Of a DNA stretch of 64,000 nucleotides, positions 28,689-37,664 are shown piece by piece (the first letter of the stretch is position 1; each line of letters starts with the position of its first letter). A model generated the notes under the pieces. The model did no database searches. It had not been told where the DNA came from and saw nothing but the letters and a program-made list of their open reading frames with translations. The position numbers and the translations under genes are program-made. The DNA is taken from contig OX638340.1 in assembly GCA_951812955.1 (NCBI GenBank), forward strand, positions 2,976,001-3,040,000. The letters are read 5' to 3'. This stretch comes from an uncultured Gemmatimonadota bacterium (lineage in GTDB: Bacteria; JAAXHH01).

Positions 28689-29563
28689 GAATCGCTCCCG
28701 GGTTCCTGCCCCTCTATCTCTCTGTCGCCGGGCCTGGTCCCTGGTCTCCCGTCCAACTTCAAGACCCGCAACGCATTGTCCCACAGGATCGCCCGTTTTG
28801 CCGTATCCGGTATATCCGCCCCAAGGACCTTGTTCATCGTGACGCCGAAGTGCCGGATAGGCGCGTCCGAACCATAGACGACCCGGTCTGCGCCCAGGCG
28901 CTGGACGGCCATTTCGACCATGCCGCTTTCCGGATCGCCGCCCGAGGTATCCACGACCACGTTGGGTACGTCGACCACCGCCTCGATGCCCCGGTAGCCC
29001 ACGCCGTTGAGATGGGCCATGATAATCCTTGCCCGGGGGTGGCGGAGGGCAAGGTCGGCCACGTCGAAGGGCGTCGATTCACCGGGCAGGTTGCCCGTGG
29101 TTTTCAGCCAGGCGTGTTGCAGCACCGGTACGTCCAGCGCGATGGCCGACTCCATGATCGGATCGAGGCCGGGATCGGTTACACGACGCGCCACCCATAG
29201 TTTCACGCCGGCCATGTCCTGGCCGCCGACGCATCGCTCGATTTCGGCGACGGCTTCGTCGGGGAAAGCCGGGGTAACGTAGCAGAACGGCAGGATCGCA
29301 TCCGGCTCGGCGTCTCGCATCCGAAGCACGTAGTCGTTCGCCAACCGGCACTGTTCGGACGTGGGCTTATACGGGGTGGTCTCGTACAACGAAAACACGC
29401 ACATCCGGGTAACTCCGGAGCGCCTTGCCGTGGCAATCAGTTGCTCGGCGTCCGAGGTTGCAGAGGATACCCCGTAGGAGCCGAAACAGTTCAGGGGGTG
29501 TACATGGATATCCAGCGCTGGTCCGTCCGGCAGAAGCCTTTTGCGCATGGAAGCAAGGGTCAT
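28685..29563 (-). CDS. amidohydrolase-2 family protein
   Basis: LDIHVHP... metal-binding HxH start, conserved D near C-terminus (GSDAP); 4-nt overlap with downstream paralog. Confidence 0.55.
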   Translation of the reverse strand: MTLASMRKRLLPDGPALDIHVHPLNCFGSYGVSSATSDAEQLIATARRSGVTRMCVFSLYETTPYKPTSEQCRLANDYVLRMRDAEPDAILPFCYVTPAFPDEAVAEIERCVGGQDMAGVKLWVARRVTDPGLDPIMESAIALDVPVLQHAWLKTTGNLPGESTPFDVADLALRHPRARIIMAHLNGVGYRGIEAVVDVPNVVVDTSGGDPESGMVEMAVQRLGADRVVYGSDAPIRHFGVTMNKVLGADIPDTAKRAILWDNALRVLKLDGRPGTRPGDREIEGQEPGSDS

Positions 29564-29663
29564 GGCTTTGGAGCAGCTAGTTACATTGCGTGACGGGGCC
29601 GTGTTGCTGCTGCGGAACTACAGAAATCAGAAGGAGACCGTCACAGCCGACGGCAGGAAACCG

Positions 29664-30545
29664 TTACAGCCGGTAGAATGCGATGGCGTTGTCCCGGAAG
29701 AGCATCCTGCGTTCCGCGTCCGAGAGTCCGCTGGTCGCCCAGGACAGGGTCTCTACCCACCGGGGATAGTCGGTAGCCTGGAAGGCGACGGGCCAGTCCC
29801 CGCCGTACATGACGCGGTCGATGCCGAAACATTCGATCACGTGATCGATGTAGGGTTTCAGGTCTTCGGACGTCCACCGTTCCATGTCAGCTTCGGTGAC
29901 CAGTCCCGACACTTTGCAGCAGACATTGGGCATTTCCGCCAGGGTCTTCATCTCGTCCTTCCACGGGTCGAACACCTGGTTCCTGATATCGGGCTTGCCG
30001 ATATGGTCCAGGATGAAGGAGACTTCGGGGCACTGCCGGACAAATTCGATCGCATTCGCCAACTGTGGATGGAAGATGCAGATATCGAAGGATAGCCCGT
30101 GGGACGGAAGCAGGCGGACGCCTTCGATAAAATCGGGCTGGAGGCAGAATTCAACGGATTCGGGTTGCAGCAGTCGCCGTATGCCCTTGACCAGCGGAAT
30201 TCGGGCCAGGGTTTCGAGATCTTCATCGACCGGCGCACCCCGCTCAAGCTGTGCGTTGGCCACGATCCCGCGAATCCGGCCGTCCTCTCGGGCCAATCCG
30301 GAAACCCACTCCGCTTCCTGAACGTGTTGACCGGCGTCGCATTCGCATTGCACGAAGACCATCTGCTCCACGTGGACTTCCCCGCAGGCCTTCCGGTATT
30401 CATCCAGCAGGTACCGCTGGTTCAGCAGGGGGATATCGTCCAGCCAGCTGTACCGCAGGTGACTCGGGTCCCAGAGATGTACGTGGGTGTCGACGATGGG
30501 GTAGTCCAACATGGTAAAGTCCTCTGTTGCGGCCTGTTCAGGCAT
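29664..30545 (-). CDS. amidohydrolase-2 family protein (LigI / 2-pyrone-4,6-dicarboxylate-lactonase-like)
   Basis: IVDTHVHLWD N-terminal metal motif, LDHIGKP, GGDWP C-terminal motif. Confidence 0.6.
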   Translation of the reverse strand: MPEQAATEDFTMLDYPIVDTHVHLWDPSHLRYSWLDDIPLLNQRYLLDEYRKACGEVHVEQMVFVQCECDAGQHVQEAEWVSGLAREDGRIRGIVANAQLERGAPVDEDLETLARIPLVKGIRRLLQPESVEFCLQPDFIEGVRLLPSHGLSFDICIFHPQLANAIEFVRQCPEVSFILDHIGKPDIRNQVFDPWKDEMKTLAEMPNVCCKVSGLVTEADMERWTSEDLKPYIDHVIECFGIDRVMYGGDWPVAFQATDYPRWVETLSWATSGLSDAERRMLFRDNAIAFYRL

Positions 30546-30766
30546 TTAGAAGGCTAGTATATTCGCGAGGTCATTCTACGATGGGGATCGTTTTCCGTCA
30601 ATGGTATTCACACCTTTTGTGCTTGAACATTCCCGCCGCCGCGTGTACTATGCTGGATCGTTCTCCACGTTTATTTATGAATCGATTCCATTAAAACGTC
30701 GCAGGCTGGATCACGGGCCTGAGCGTTGCATACTGATCTGGATCATCACCTTACGGACTTCCATCG

Positions 30767-32221
30767 ATGTCATCCGAAACCACCAACGAAGCCACCCGTC
30801 CACTCGGCAAGCTGTCGCCCCTGAAGATGGCCGCCGTGCCCACCTTCGCGGGCATGCTGAAATACATCGGTCCGGGCATCGTCTGGGCCGGGCTGGCGCA
30901 GGGCAGCGGCGAGCTCATCTGGTGGCCCTACCTGACCGCCAAGTACGGCGCGGCCTTCATCGGCCTCCTCATCCCGGCCGCCCTGATGCAATACTGGGTG
31001 AACGTGGAGATCGCCCGGTATACGATGATGACCGGGGAGACGGCCCTGACGGGTTTCAGCCGCATCGGCAAATGGTACGTTTCTTTGATCTGGGTGGGCG
31101 TTTTTCTGGAGAACATCTGGTTCGGCGCCTACGCGTCGGCGGGCGGGGGCGCGCTGGCGGAGTTGACCGGCTTCCCGGACGGATGGACGGTCCGCGGCCA
31201 GTCGCTCTTCTGGGCCTATCTGACCATCGGGATCTACCTGGTGGCCCTGTTCATGGGCCGCGTGGTCTACCTGATCGTGGAACGGCTCACCATGGCCGTG
31301 GTCGTCATCACGATCGTGGGAATCGTCTTCGCCGTATTCCAGCAACCCGTGCTGGCAGTGGCGGGCGAGTTCTTCGGCGTCCTGCTCACGCCCGGCTACC
31401 ACAGGCCCGCCAACTGGGATCCAGCGGACCTGTCCACGGTGCTCACCGCCATCGTATTCGCCGGGGCCGGCGGCTTCGGACAGCTCTTCCTCTCCTACTG
31501 GATGCGGGACAAGGGCGTGGGGATGTCGTCCTATATCGGACGTATAACGAGCCCCCTGCGCACGGCGCCGGAGGCTATTTCAGCTACGGGATACGCTTTC
31601 GAGGATACAGCGTCCAACCGGACGAACTACCGGAAATTCATGCGGTACCTGCACCTGGAATCCGGACTCGGCGTCACATTGAATCTGGTCACGACCGTCA
31701 TCATGTGCTGGCTGGCCTGGGCCCTGCTGAAGCCGCAGGGCATCGTTCCCCAGGGCTGGGAAATCGCCGTGGTACAGTCCGCATTCTTCGAGGTCAGTTG
31801 GGGCGCTATCGGCAAGATTATCTTCCTTGTCATCGCCGCGGCTTTCCTCTGCGATGCCTGGCTGCAGTCCACCGACGGCTTCGCCCGCATGCAGGCCGAC
31901 TTCATCTACGCCAACGTGAAGCGGGCGCGCCGGTTTCATTTCCGTACGCTGTATTATGGTTTTGTCGTGGTTTTCACCATACTGACGACGATTACGCTGC
32001 CCCTTGCGCAGCCTGGGGATCTGCTCATCATACGGGGCGTCATCGCCTTCATGGCCATGGGACTCTTCTGTCCCGGACTGATCTACCTGAATTACGTGCT
32101 CGTCCCCCGGGCTTTCCCTTCGTGGACCAAACCCCATCCCCTCACCCGGGTCATCATGGTCGCCATCACCGCGACCTATATCTCCATCGGGCTCTGGTAC
32201 ATATTCGTTCGCCTGATTTGA
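30767..32221 (+). CDS. polytopic membrane transporter, Nramp-superfamily-related (divergent metal-site motif)
   Basis: 484 aa, about 11-12 TM. First TM has GPGIVWAGLAQGSGEL, aligning to the Nramp GPGFLxxxAYxDPGN region with DPGN replaced by QGSGE. Confidence 0.35.
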   Translation: MSSETTNEATRPLGKLSPLKMAAVPTFAGMLKYIGPGIVWAGLAQGSGELIWWPYLTAKYGAAFIGLLIPAALMQYWVNVEIARYTMMTGETALTGFSRIGKWYVSLIWVGVFLENIWFGAYASAGGGALAELTGFPDGWTVRGQSLFWAYLTIGIYLVALFMGRVVYLIVERLTMAVVVITIVGIVFAVFQQPVLAVAGEFFGVLLTPGYHRPANWDPADLSTVLTAIVFAGAGGFGQLFLSYWMRDKGVGMSSYIGRITSPLRTAPEAISATGYAFEDTASNRTNYRKFMRYLHLESGLGVTLNLVTTVIMCWLAWALLKPQGIVPQGWEIAVVQSAFFEVSWGAIGKIIFLVIAAAFLCDAWLQSTDGFARMQADFIYANVKRARRFHFRTLYYGFVVVFTILTTITLPLAQPGDLLIIRGVIAFMAMGLFCPGLIYLNYVLVPRAFPSWTKPHPLTRVIMVAITATYISIGLWYIFVRLI

Positions 32222-32295
32222 TCGTCCCTGCCACAAGCCGGAACCCGAGCCGGACCGGCGCAGTAATCGGCAGGTTTCGCGGTTATCGCGGTGAG

Positions 32296-32395
32296 AACGC
32301 GGTCCGGCGTGGTAACCATGCGCATTGGTCCGGCGCGGTAACGGCACGCATTGGTCCGGCGCGGAAACCATACGCATTGGCTCCGGCGGTCTTAC
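32296..32395. repeat. three to four tandem ~26-bp repeats (cgcattggtccggcgcggtaac) between convergent genes
   Basis: Units at about 32316-32344, 32345-32370 and 32371-32395, plus a partial upstream copy. Confidence 0.6.
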
Positions 32396-33777
32396 ACGGC
32401 CGCAGGCGCCACCCGCGCGGTACGTTCCTCTGCGATCCGGAGTCCGGCCTCGATGATTTCCAGGGATTCGTCGATCTGGGCTTCGGTAATGGTGATCGGC
32501 GGCATGAATCGCAGTACCTGGGAACCCGACAGTTCCATGAAGCGCAGGCTCAACGGATCCTTATTCTGCATCCTGGGCACGATGGGCAGCCAGAGTCCGT
32601 TTTCGTAGCAGTACTCCGTCACCATGGCGGCCCCTTCGAAATTGGGCGTCCTACTCCGCTTGTCCGTCACCAGTTCGAGGCCGAGGCAGAGACCGAGCCC
32701 CCGGGCTTCACCCACGATTTCGAGTTCATCTTCCAGCACCTTGAGCCGGTCCATGAAGTAGTTCCCCACGACCCGGGCGTTTTCCACCAGGTTTTCCCGG
32801 TCGACGATTTCAATATTGGCCAGGCCGGTCTCGCAAAGGAGCGGGTCTCCGGCGTGGGACGAGAAGGGCATGAATCCCTTTGCCACCGCGGCGTCCGCGA
32901 TCTCAGCGCTGGTCATGACCGCGCACAGGGGCACGGCGCCACCGAGTCCCTTGGAACAGGTGACGATATCGGGTACGAAATCGAAGTGCTCGAATGCAAA
33001 CCACTTGCCCGTCCGCCCGAAGCAGGTCAGGGCCTCGTCCGCCACCGTCAGGATATCCCGTTCCCGGCAGATTTCCACGATCCGCTGGATCCACTCCTTT
33101 GACGGCACGATCTGTCCCGCCGCGCTCATCAAGGGTTCGAAGAAGAAGGCCGCGGGCCGTCCGGAAGTCGACGAGTCGATCACGTTCTCGGCCGCGTCGG
33201 CGCATCCCAGGTTGCAGCAGGCTTCATCCCGGCAGAACTGGCAGCGGTACTCGTAGGGCGTCGGGATGAACGAGGCGCCCGTGGGCATCGGTCCGTACCC
33301 TTCCCGTAGCATGCCGCCCCGTCCGGTGATGGACGCGCTGCCGTAGGACTGGCCGTGGTAGCCGCGCATGAGGGCGATCACCTCGAACCGGTCCGTGTAT
33401 TTCCGCACTAGGCGCAGCGCCATTTCGTTGGATTCGGATCCCGTGCAGGCGAAGAAGGACTTCTGTAACGGGTCCGGCGCGATCTCGGCCATCTTCTTGG
33501 CCAGCAGCACCTCGGACGGCGCGATGAAGGTCGTTCCCACCTGGATGATCTTGTGGGCCTGATCGCAGAGGGCCTTCACGTATTCCGGGTGGGAATGGCC
33601 CAGGGTTACGCACAGTTGACCCGATTGAAAATCGATGAATCGCCGGCCTTCCACGTCCCACATGTAAAGCCCGTCGCCGCGCTCGGGCACCAGGGGCGCG
33701 GTACGCATCGGATGTCTCAACAGGTACTGGTTGCCGAGTTCAAGCCAGCCCGCATTTGTGGTGGGTAGCGACGCCAT
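32392..33777 (-). CDS. class-III pyridoxal-phosphate aminotransferase (omega-/acetylornithine/GABA aminotransferase family)
   Basis: TCSKGLGG PLP-lysine motif, DEALTCFGRTG, 461 aa. Confidence 0.8.
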   Translation of the reverse strand: MASLPTTNAGWLELGNQYLLRHPMRTAPLVPERGDGLYMWDVEGRRFIDFQSGQLCVTLGHSHPEYVKALCDQAHKIIQVGTTFIAPSEVLLAKKMAEIAPDPLQKSFFACTGSESNEMALRLVRKYTDRFEVIALMRGYHGQSYGSASITGRGGMLREGYGPMPTGASFIPTPYEYRCQFCRDEACCNLGCADAAENVIDSSTSGRPAAFFFEPLMSAAGQIVPSKEWIQRIVEICRERDILTVADEALTCFGRTGKWFAFEHFDFVPDIVTCSKGLGGAVPLCAVMTSAEIADAAVAKGFMPFSSHAGDPLLCETGLANIEIVDRENLVENARVVGNYFMDRLKVLEDELEIVGEARGLGLCLGLELVTDKRSRTPNFEGAAMVTEYCYENGLWLPIVPRMQNKDPLSLRFMELSGSQVLRFMPPITITEAQIDESLEIIEAGLRIAEERTARVAPAAV

Positions 33778-34088
33778 GATCCGTCTCCTGGAGTAAATGA
33801 CCTTGGGGAATTTGCTCCCGATTTTCGGGTAGGAAAGGGTAAGGGCATGCTAAATCACCGGGCAAGGCGTGTCAATACAATTCGCCGGTGCCGGAGGCCT
33901 GAGAATGCGTTGCATTGCGGCTGGTCCCGCTCTATCTTCAATCAGAGCGGTATGGCGCGTTCTGTCAGAGGGACTATGCCGCGTTCGACCGAATGTCTTC
34001 GGACCACGAAAAAAACAGCCCCACCGATCGGATCGCATGATATTCGTGCATAACGCCATTTGAGAAAGTTTATGATGTCAGGGACGAT

Positions 34089-34427
34089 ATGGTGATCAAT
34101 TCAAGTAATGCAGAACATTACAAATGGGGCAAAGACTGTGATGGATGGCACCTCCTGAATACCACTTCCTTGAGCGTAATCAAAGAAAAGGTACCCAAGG
34201 GTGGCGTGGAAGAGATGCACTATCACATGTATGCACAGCAGTTATTCTATGTTTTGCAGGGTGTCGCCACCATTCAACTGAGGGAGGAGACCTACAGGGT
34301 GCCGCAAGGCGAGGCAGTACATGTCCCACCGAATACGCCGCACCGATTGGAGAACGCCGGGGAAGAAGACCTCGAATTCCTCGTCATATCTCAACCCCAT
34401 AGTCACACTGACAAGATAAAGCGCTGA
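34089..34427 (+). CDS. cupin-domain protein
   Basis: 112 aa; HYHMYAQQ...VHVPPNTPH metal-binding cupin motifs. Confidence 0.6.
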   Translation: MVINSSNAEHYKWGKDCDGWHLLNTTSLSVIKEKVPKGGVEEMHYHMYAQQLFYVLQGVATIQLREETYRVPQGEAVHVPPNTPHRLENAGEEDLEFLVISQPHSHTDKIKR

Positions 34428-34487
34428 CTTCAGGGGAACCGCGAGCGAGTTCATCGGATACCAAACCTTGAAACACCCTTTAAACCT

Positions 34488-35582
34488 ATGAAAACCTATC
34501 GCGTGGGAATCATCGGCCTGGGTCGCATGGGCAGTACCATCGACGACGAGGGCCACACACCCCTTCCTTACTCCATTGCCGCAGCCTGCCGGGCGAGTGA
34601 ACGGCTGGAAATCGCCGCGGGCTGCGACCTTCTGCCGGAACGCAGAGGGGATTTCACCCGGCGCTGGCGCGTCCATGCCGTGTACGAGGACTACACGGAA
34701 ATGGTCCGGGAGGAGCGACCGGATCTCGTCGCCGTATGCACCACCGCATCGGGCCTGCAGAAACCTGCCAGGGAGGCGCCCGACGCTTCGTTCCGTGGAG
34801 ATTCCCACGCCGAACTGGCCGTCGCGCTGGCTGAAATGGGCGTGCCGATGATCTACGTGGAGAAGGCCATGGCCAGCTCCATGGCGGCGGCGGACCGCAT
34901 TCGGGACGCCGTGAAGAAAAACGGCACGGTATTCAATACGGGTGTATTGAGGAGGTTCGACAACCGGTACGAGGTGGTCCGCAACGCTGTGCTTCGGGGG
35001 GATGTGGGCGAGCCCAGGGCGGCCATCCATTACGCGCAATCTTCCCTGATGCACGGCCACATACATTCCATCGATACCCTGTCCTGGCTGATCGGAGATC
35101 CCGCCATTTCGAGCGTTCGCGGTGAAATCGCGCCCAGGGATTACGTCATAGAAAACGACCATATTCCCTACGATCCGACCGCGACCTACGAACTGATGTT
35201 CGAGAACGGTGTACGGGCGTGGTCGATTCCCGCGGCGGGATGGGAGTACGAGATCATCGGGACCGAAGGGACCATCCGGTCCCTGAACAACGGGGCCGGC
35301 GCCTCGTTAAGAAGGGTTCCGCCGGGAGACGGACACGAGCGCAAGGGGCGCAGCAACTGGGAAGAGGCGCCTTTCGATTTCGTAACGCCAAAGAGCACCG
35401 TCGTATCCTGCCTCGAAGATCTTGTTAACGCATATGAGACGGGCCGCAAGAGCCTGGGGAACATCGAAACAGCCCACCACATCACGGAAGCCTGCATCGC
35501 CGTCGCCGAAAGCCATCGTCGCGGCGGTGCCTGGGTTGAACTACCGCTGGCTGGCCGGGACCTCTACATCTGGCACGTTTGA
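34488..35582 (+). CDS. Gfo/Idh/MocA-family NAD(P)-dependent oxidoreductase
   Basis: N-terminal Rossmann VGIIGLGRMG; 364 aa. Confidence 0.7.
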   Translation: MKTYRVGIIGLGRMGSTIDDEGHTPLPYSIAAACRASERLEIAAGCDLLPERRGDFTRRWRVHAVYEDYTEMVREERPDLVAVCTTASGLQKPAREAPDASFRGDSHAELAVALAEMGVPMIYVEKAMASSMAAADRIRDAVKKNGTVFNTGVLRRFDNRYEVVRNAVLRGDVGEPRAAIHYAQSSLMHGHIHSIDTLSWLIGDPAISSVRGEIAPRDYVIENDHIPYDPTATYELMFENGVRAWSIPAAGWEYEIIGTEGTIRSLNNGAGASLRRVPPGDGHERKGRSNWEEAPFDFVTPKSTVVSCLEDLVNAYETGRKSLGNIETAHHITEACIAVAESHRRGGAWVELPLAGRDLYIWHV

Positions 35583-35657
35583 ATGCTCGATCGGAAGAAC
35601 ACGGGCTGACAAGGCAGCAATCGATTACACTAGTCGGACTAAAAGAGCGGGCTGTTC

Positions 35658-35873
35658 TCACTGACGACTATTGGAATCGTTGTACGTTACGAGGTCCGCG
35701 ATCGCAATCCGGATCATTCGGATGTCTTCCTTGATGTCTTCAAGCGTCGTTTTTACTCCACTTTCAAACCCCTCTCTCTTCCCCATCCAAAGGCACAGTT
35801 TTACTATAGCCCCGATTATAGCGATCAACAGTACGGTAACAACCGCCGGCAACCACGAAGGCATCGATTCCAT
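35658..35873 (-). CDS. small hypothetical membrane protein (71 aa)
   Basis: Single N-terminal TM helix; sits in a low-GC, ORF-poor stretch. Confidence 0.25.
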   Translation of the reverse strand: MESMPSWLPAVVTVLLIAIIGAIVKLCLWMGKREGFESGVKTTLEDIKEDIRMIRIAIADLVTYNDSNSRQ

Positions 35874-36462
35874 CGGGTTTCCTTTCTGAGCAAATTTACC
35901 GTTCCGTGCGAAGGTTCACGAGAAGAATAGCTTGATCAGGATCGCGACGGTCATGACCGACTGGCCAATTGCTACCGTTTCGATGCGGGATAGGCGCTTG
36001 TCTCTATCTTTTCAATGATACCTTCCAGGCGTCCGATACGTCCTTCATGGTTCGTACTTTCGGCCGGCATGAACCAGTTTCATTCCTTCGGTGGCACTCG
36101 TTGTGCGGTGCAGAAGGTTTGAATTACAAGTTTCCCTGACCTCGTCTACTTTGTTTCCACCCTGTTTAAAAACCCCGTATATCCCGGAGTTTCTCACTTA
36201 TTTCAGCTTGCAGGCTACCCATTTCAGTTCCCATACACTTCGTCATACGCCCACGATGTCAGAGGTTCCTTTTTCCCTTAGTCGGGGAATGGCCTTGAAT
36301 CTCGTAATTAAAAAATGAAATCTCAGCGTACCGTTAAGTCGTCCGTGTTATCCTGGTCTTGTGGTCTTTAAAAGCGCTGGATAGAACCTCGTAGAATCAA
36401 AAGTGTCTTGGGCGGTCCATTGATTTGTAAGCGCATAGGTATTGCCCGATATTGGAAAGAAT

Positions 36463-37179
36463 TCATTGTCTTGAATGAAGTCTCTCAGGCAAGGGAAGAT
36501 TGGATTCCACCTGTACCAACCGGTCTTCTTCCAATACGTATCCACTCAGGGACCCGCCATAGACACATCCCGTGTCCAAGCCGATCACGTAAGGCGAACC
36601 GTCTCCCCGGCGTTTGGCGACAAGGCCGCCAGGCGCGTCGTGGCCGAAAATGATTAGTTTACCCGAGGGCTCATAGGCGTCATGCCATCTCGGTCCCACG
36701 ATGCCTTCCACGGGAGGCCAGGTTCGGATGACGAGAAACTCGTCCCGGGTAGTCCCTTGCAGGCCTTTTACCGGGTTGATGCCCGCGTGGACCAGGAGGA
36801 AATCGGGTTCGTCGATCCACAAGGGAAGCGATTCCAGCCAGGGGATCAGGGCTTCCGCGAAGGGTGCGAGGGCTTCCAGGGTTTGACGGTATACATGCCA
36901 TTTTACGGGCACCGGCTCTCCGGACAGGTGCCTGCGTAGCCGATCCGGCAGCCTGACATCGTGGTTGCCGAGGACCATCCTGGCATTGGTATCCTGGATC
37001 AGCTTCCACACTGCGACGGGATCCGGACCCTTGGTAAAAGCGTCGCCCGTCAGATAGAGGAGATCCGTATCCCGCTGGAATTCCAGTTTGGAGATCAGTT
37101 GTTCGAATTCACGGGCGCAGCCGTGAATGTCGCCGATGAACAGGGTACGCAAGGGAATACAGGACTCCGGAATGATCAA
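36463..37179 (-). CDS. calcineurin-like metallophosphoesterase (ApaH/PrpA-like Ser/Thr phosphatase family)
   Basis: GDIHG...GD...GNHD phosphoesterase motifs; 238 aa. Confidence 0.7.
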   Translation of the reverse strand: MIIPESCIPLRTLFIGDIHGCAREFEQLISKLEFQRDTDLLYLTGDAFTKGPDPVAVWKLIQDTNARMVLGNHDVRLPDRLRRHLSGEPVPVKWHVYRQTLEALAPFAEALIPWLESLPLWIDEPDFLLVHAGINPVKGLQGTTRDEFLVIRTWPPVEGIVGPRWHDAYEPSGKLIIFGHDAPGGLVAKRRGDGSPYVIGLDTGCVYGGSLSGYVLEEDRLVQVESNLPLPERLHSRQ

Positions 37180-37385
37180 TACACCGGTATATACGGATGG
37201 ATACGACGGCCCAAATTACGTCTACCGGAGAAAACGGAAGGCCTTAGATAATGGAAGACCGGTAATTTCGACATCCTGAATTATAACCGCGCGACTCGGG
37301 GAGGGTCAAGAGAATGAACTGCCAGGTAGGGCTCAGTTTGGAATGTTGCGACTGGCTCGTTACAGAACAACGCTCCCTATAATCG

Positions 37386-37434
37386 TTGAATACAGAAAAG
37401 CCCCGCTAACTGCAACGGGGCTTTTCCTTTTTTC
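37386..37434. repeat. repeated hairpin element copy 1 (TTGAATACAGAA + AGCCCCG...CGGGGCT stem + T-run); also a rho-independent terminator candidate
   Basis: ttgaatacagaaaagccccgctaactgcaacggggcttttcctttttt; second copy at 41605-41643. Confidence 0.5.
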
Positions 37435-37664
37435 GGGACCGATCGCCCTTTTCAGTGGCCGAAGCTCCTACTCAGGGCGAACGGGAAGGTGTAACGAAAT
37501 GACCGAGACAAATGCAGGGCGGATACTGAATCGATTGCTTGCCCTGTCGGGATAACTTCCGGGGGTCACTCGATACTTGGTCTGATGGGGTACATGAGAA
37601 GGTACCCCATCTCGCCACAGGAGTCTGTCAGCGCCCTGTCTACGGGACCCGGATTATCCCGATG

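Noticed and set aside
30546-30766. Possible Mn riboswitch (yybP-ykoY) upstream of the Nramp-related transporter
   Set aside because: Could not find the conserved yybP-ykoY core elements by eye; needs a covariance-model scan.
30601-33102. 833-aa plus-strand ORF spanning the transporter and aminotransferase region
   Set aside because: Overlaps two motif-supported genes on both strands; translation is Arg/Gly/His-rich low complexity.
32392-34427. Possible ectoine cluster (class-III aminotransferase as EctB plus cupin as EctC)
   Set aside because: No EctA acetyltransferase. The cupin lacks recognisable EctC-specific motifs. The aminotransferase is on the opposite strand in a different transcription unit.
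34242-35162. 306-aa minus ORF antisense to the cupin and Gfo/Idh/MocA genes
   Set aside because: Shadow ORF.
37585-37610. Hairpin tggggtac-N8-gtacccca downstream of the collagen-like gene as its terminator
   Set aside because: No convincing U-tract on the minus strand; kept only as a possible structure.
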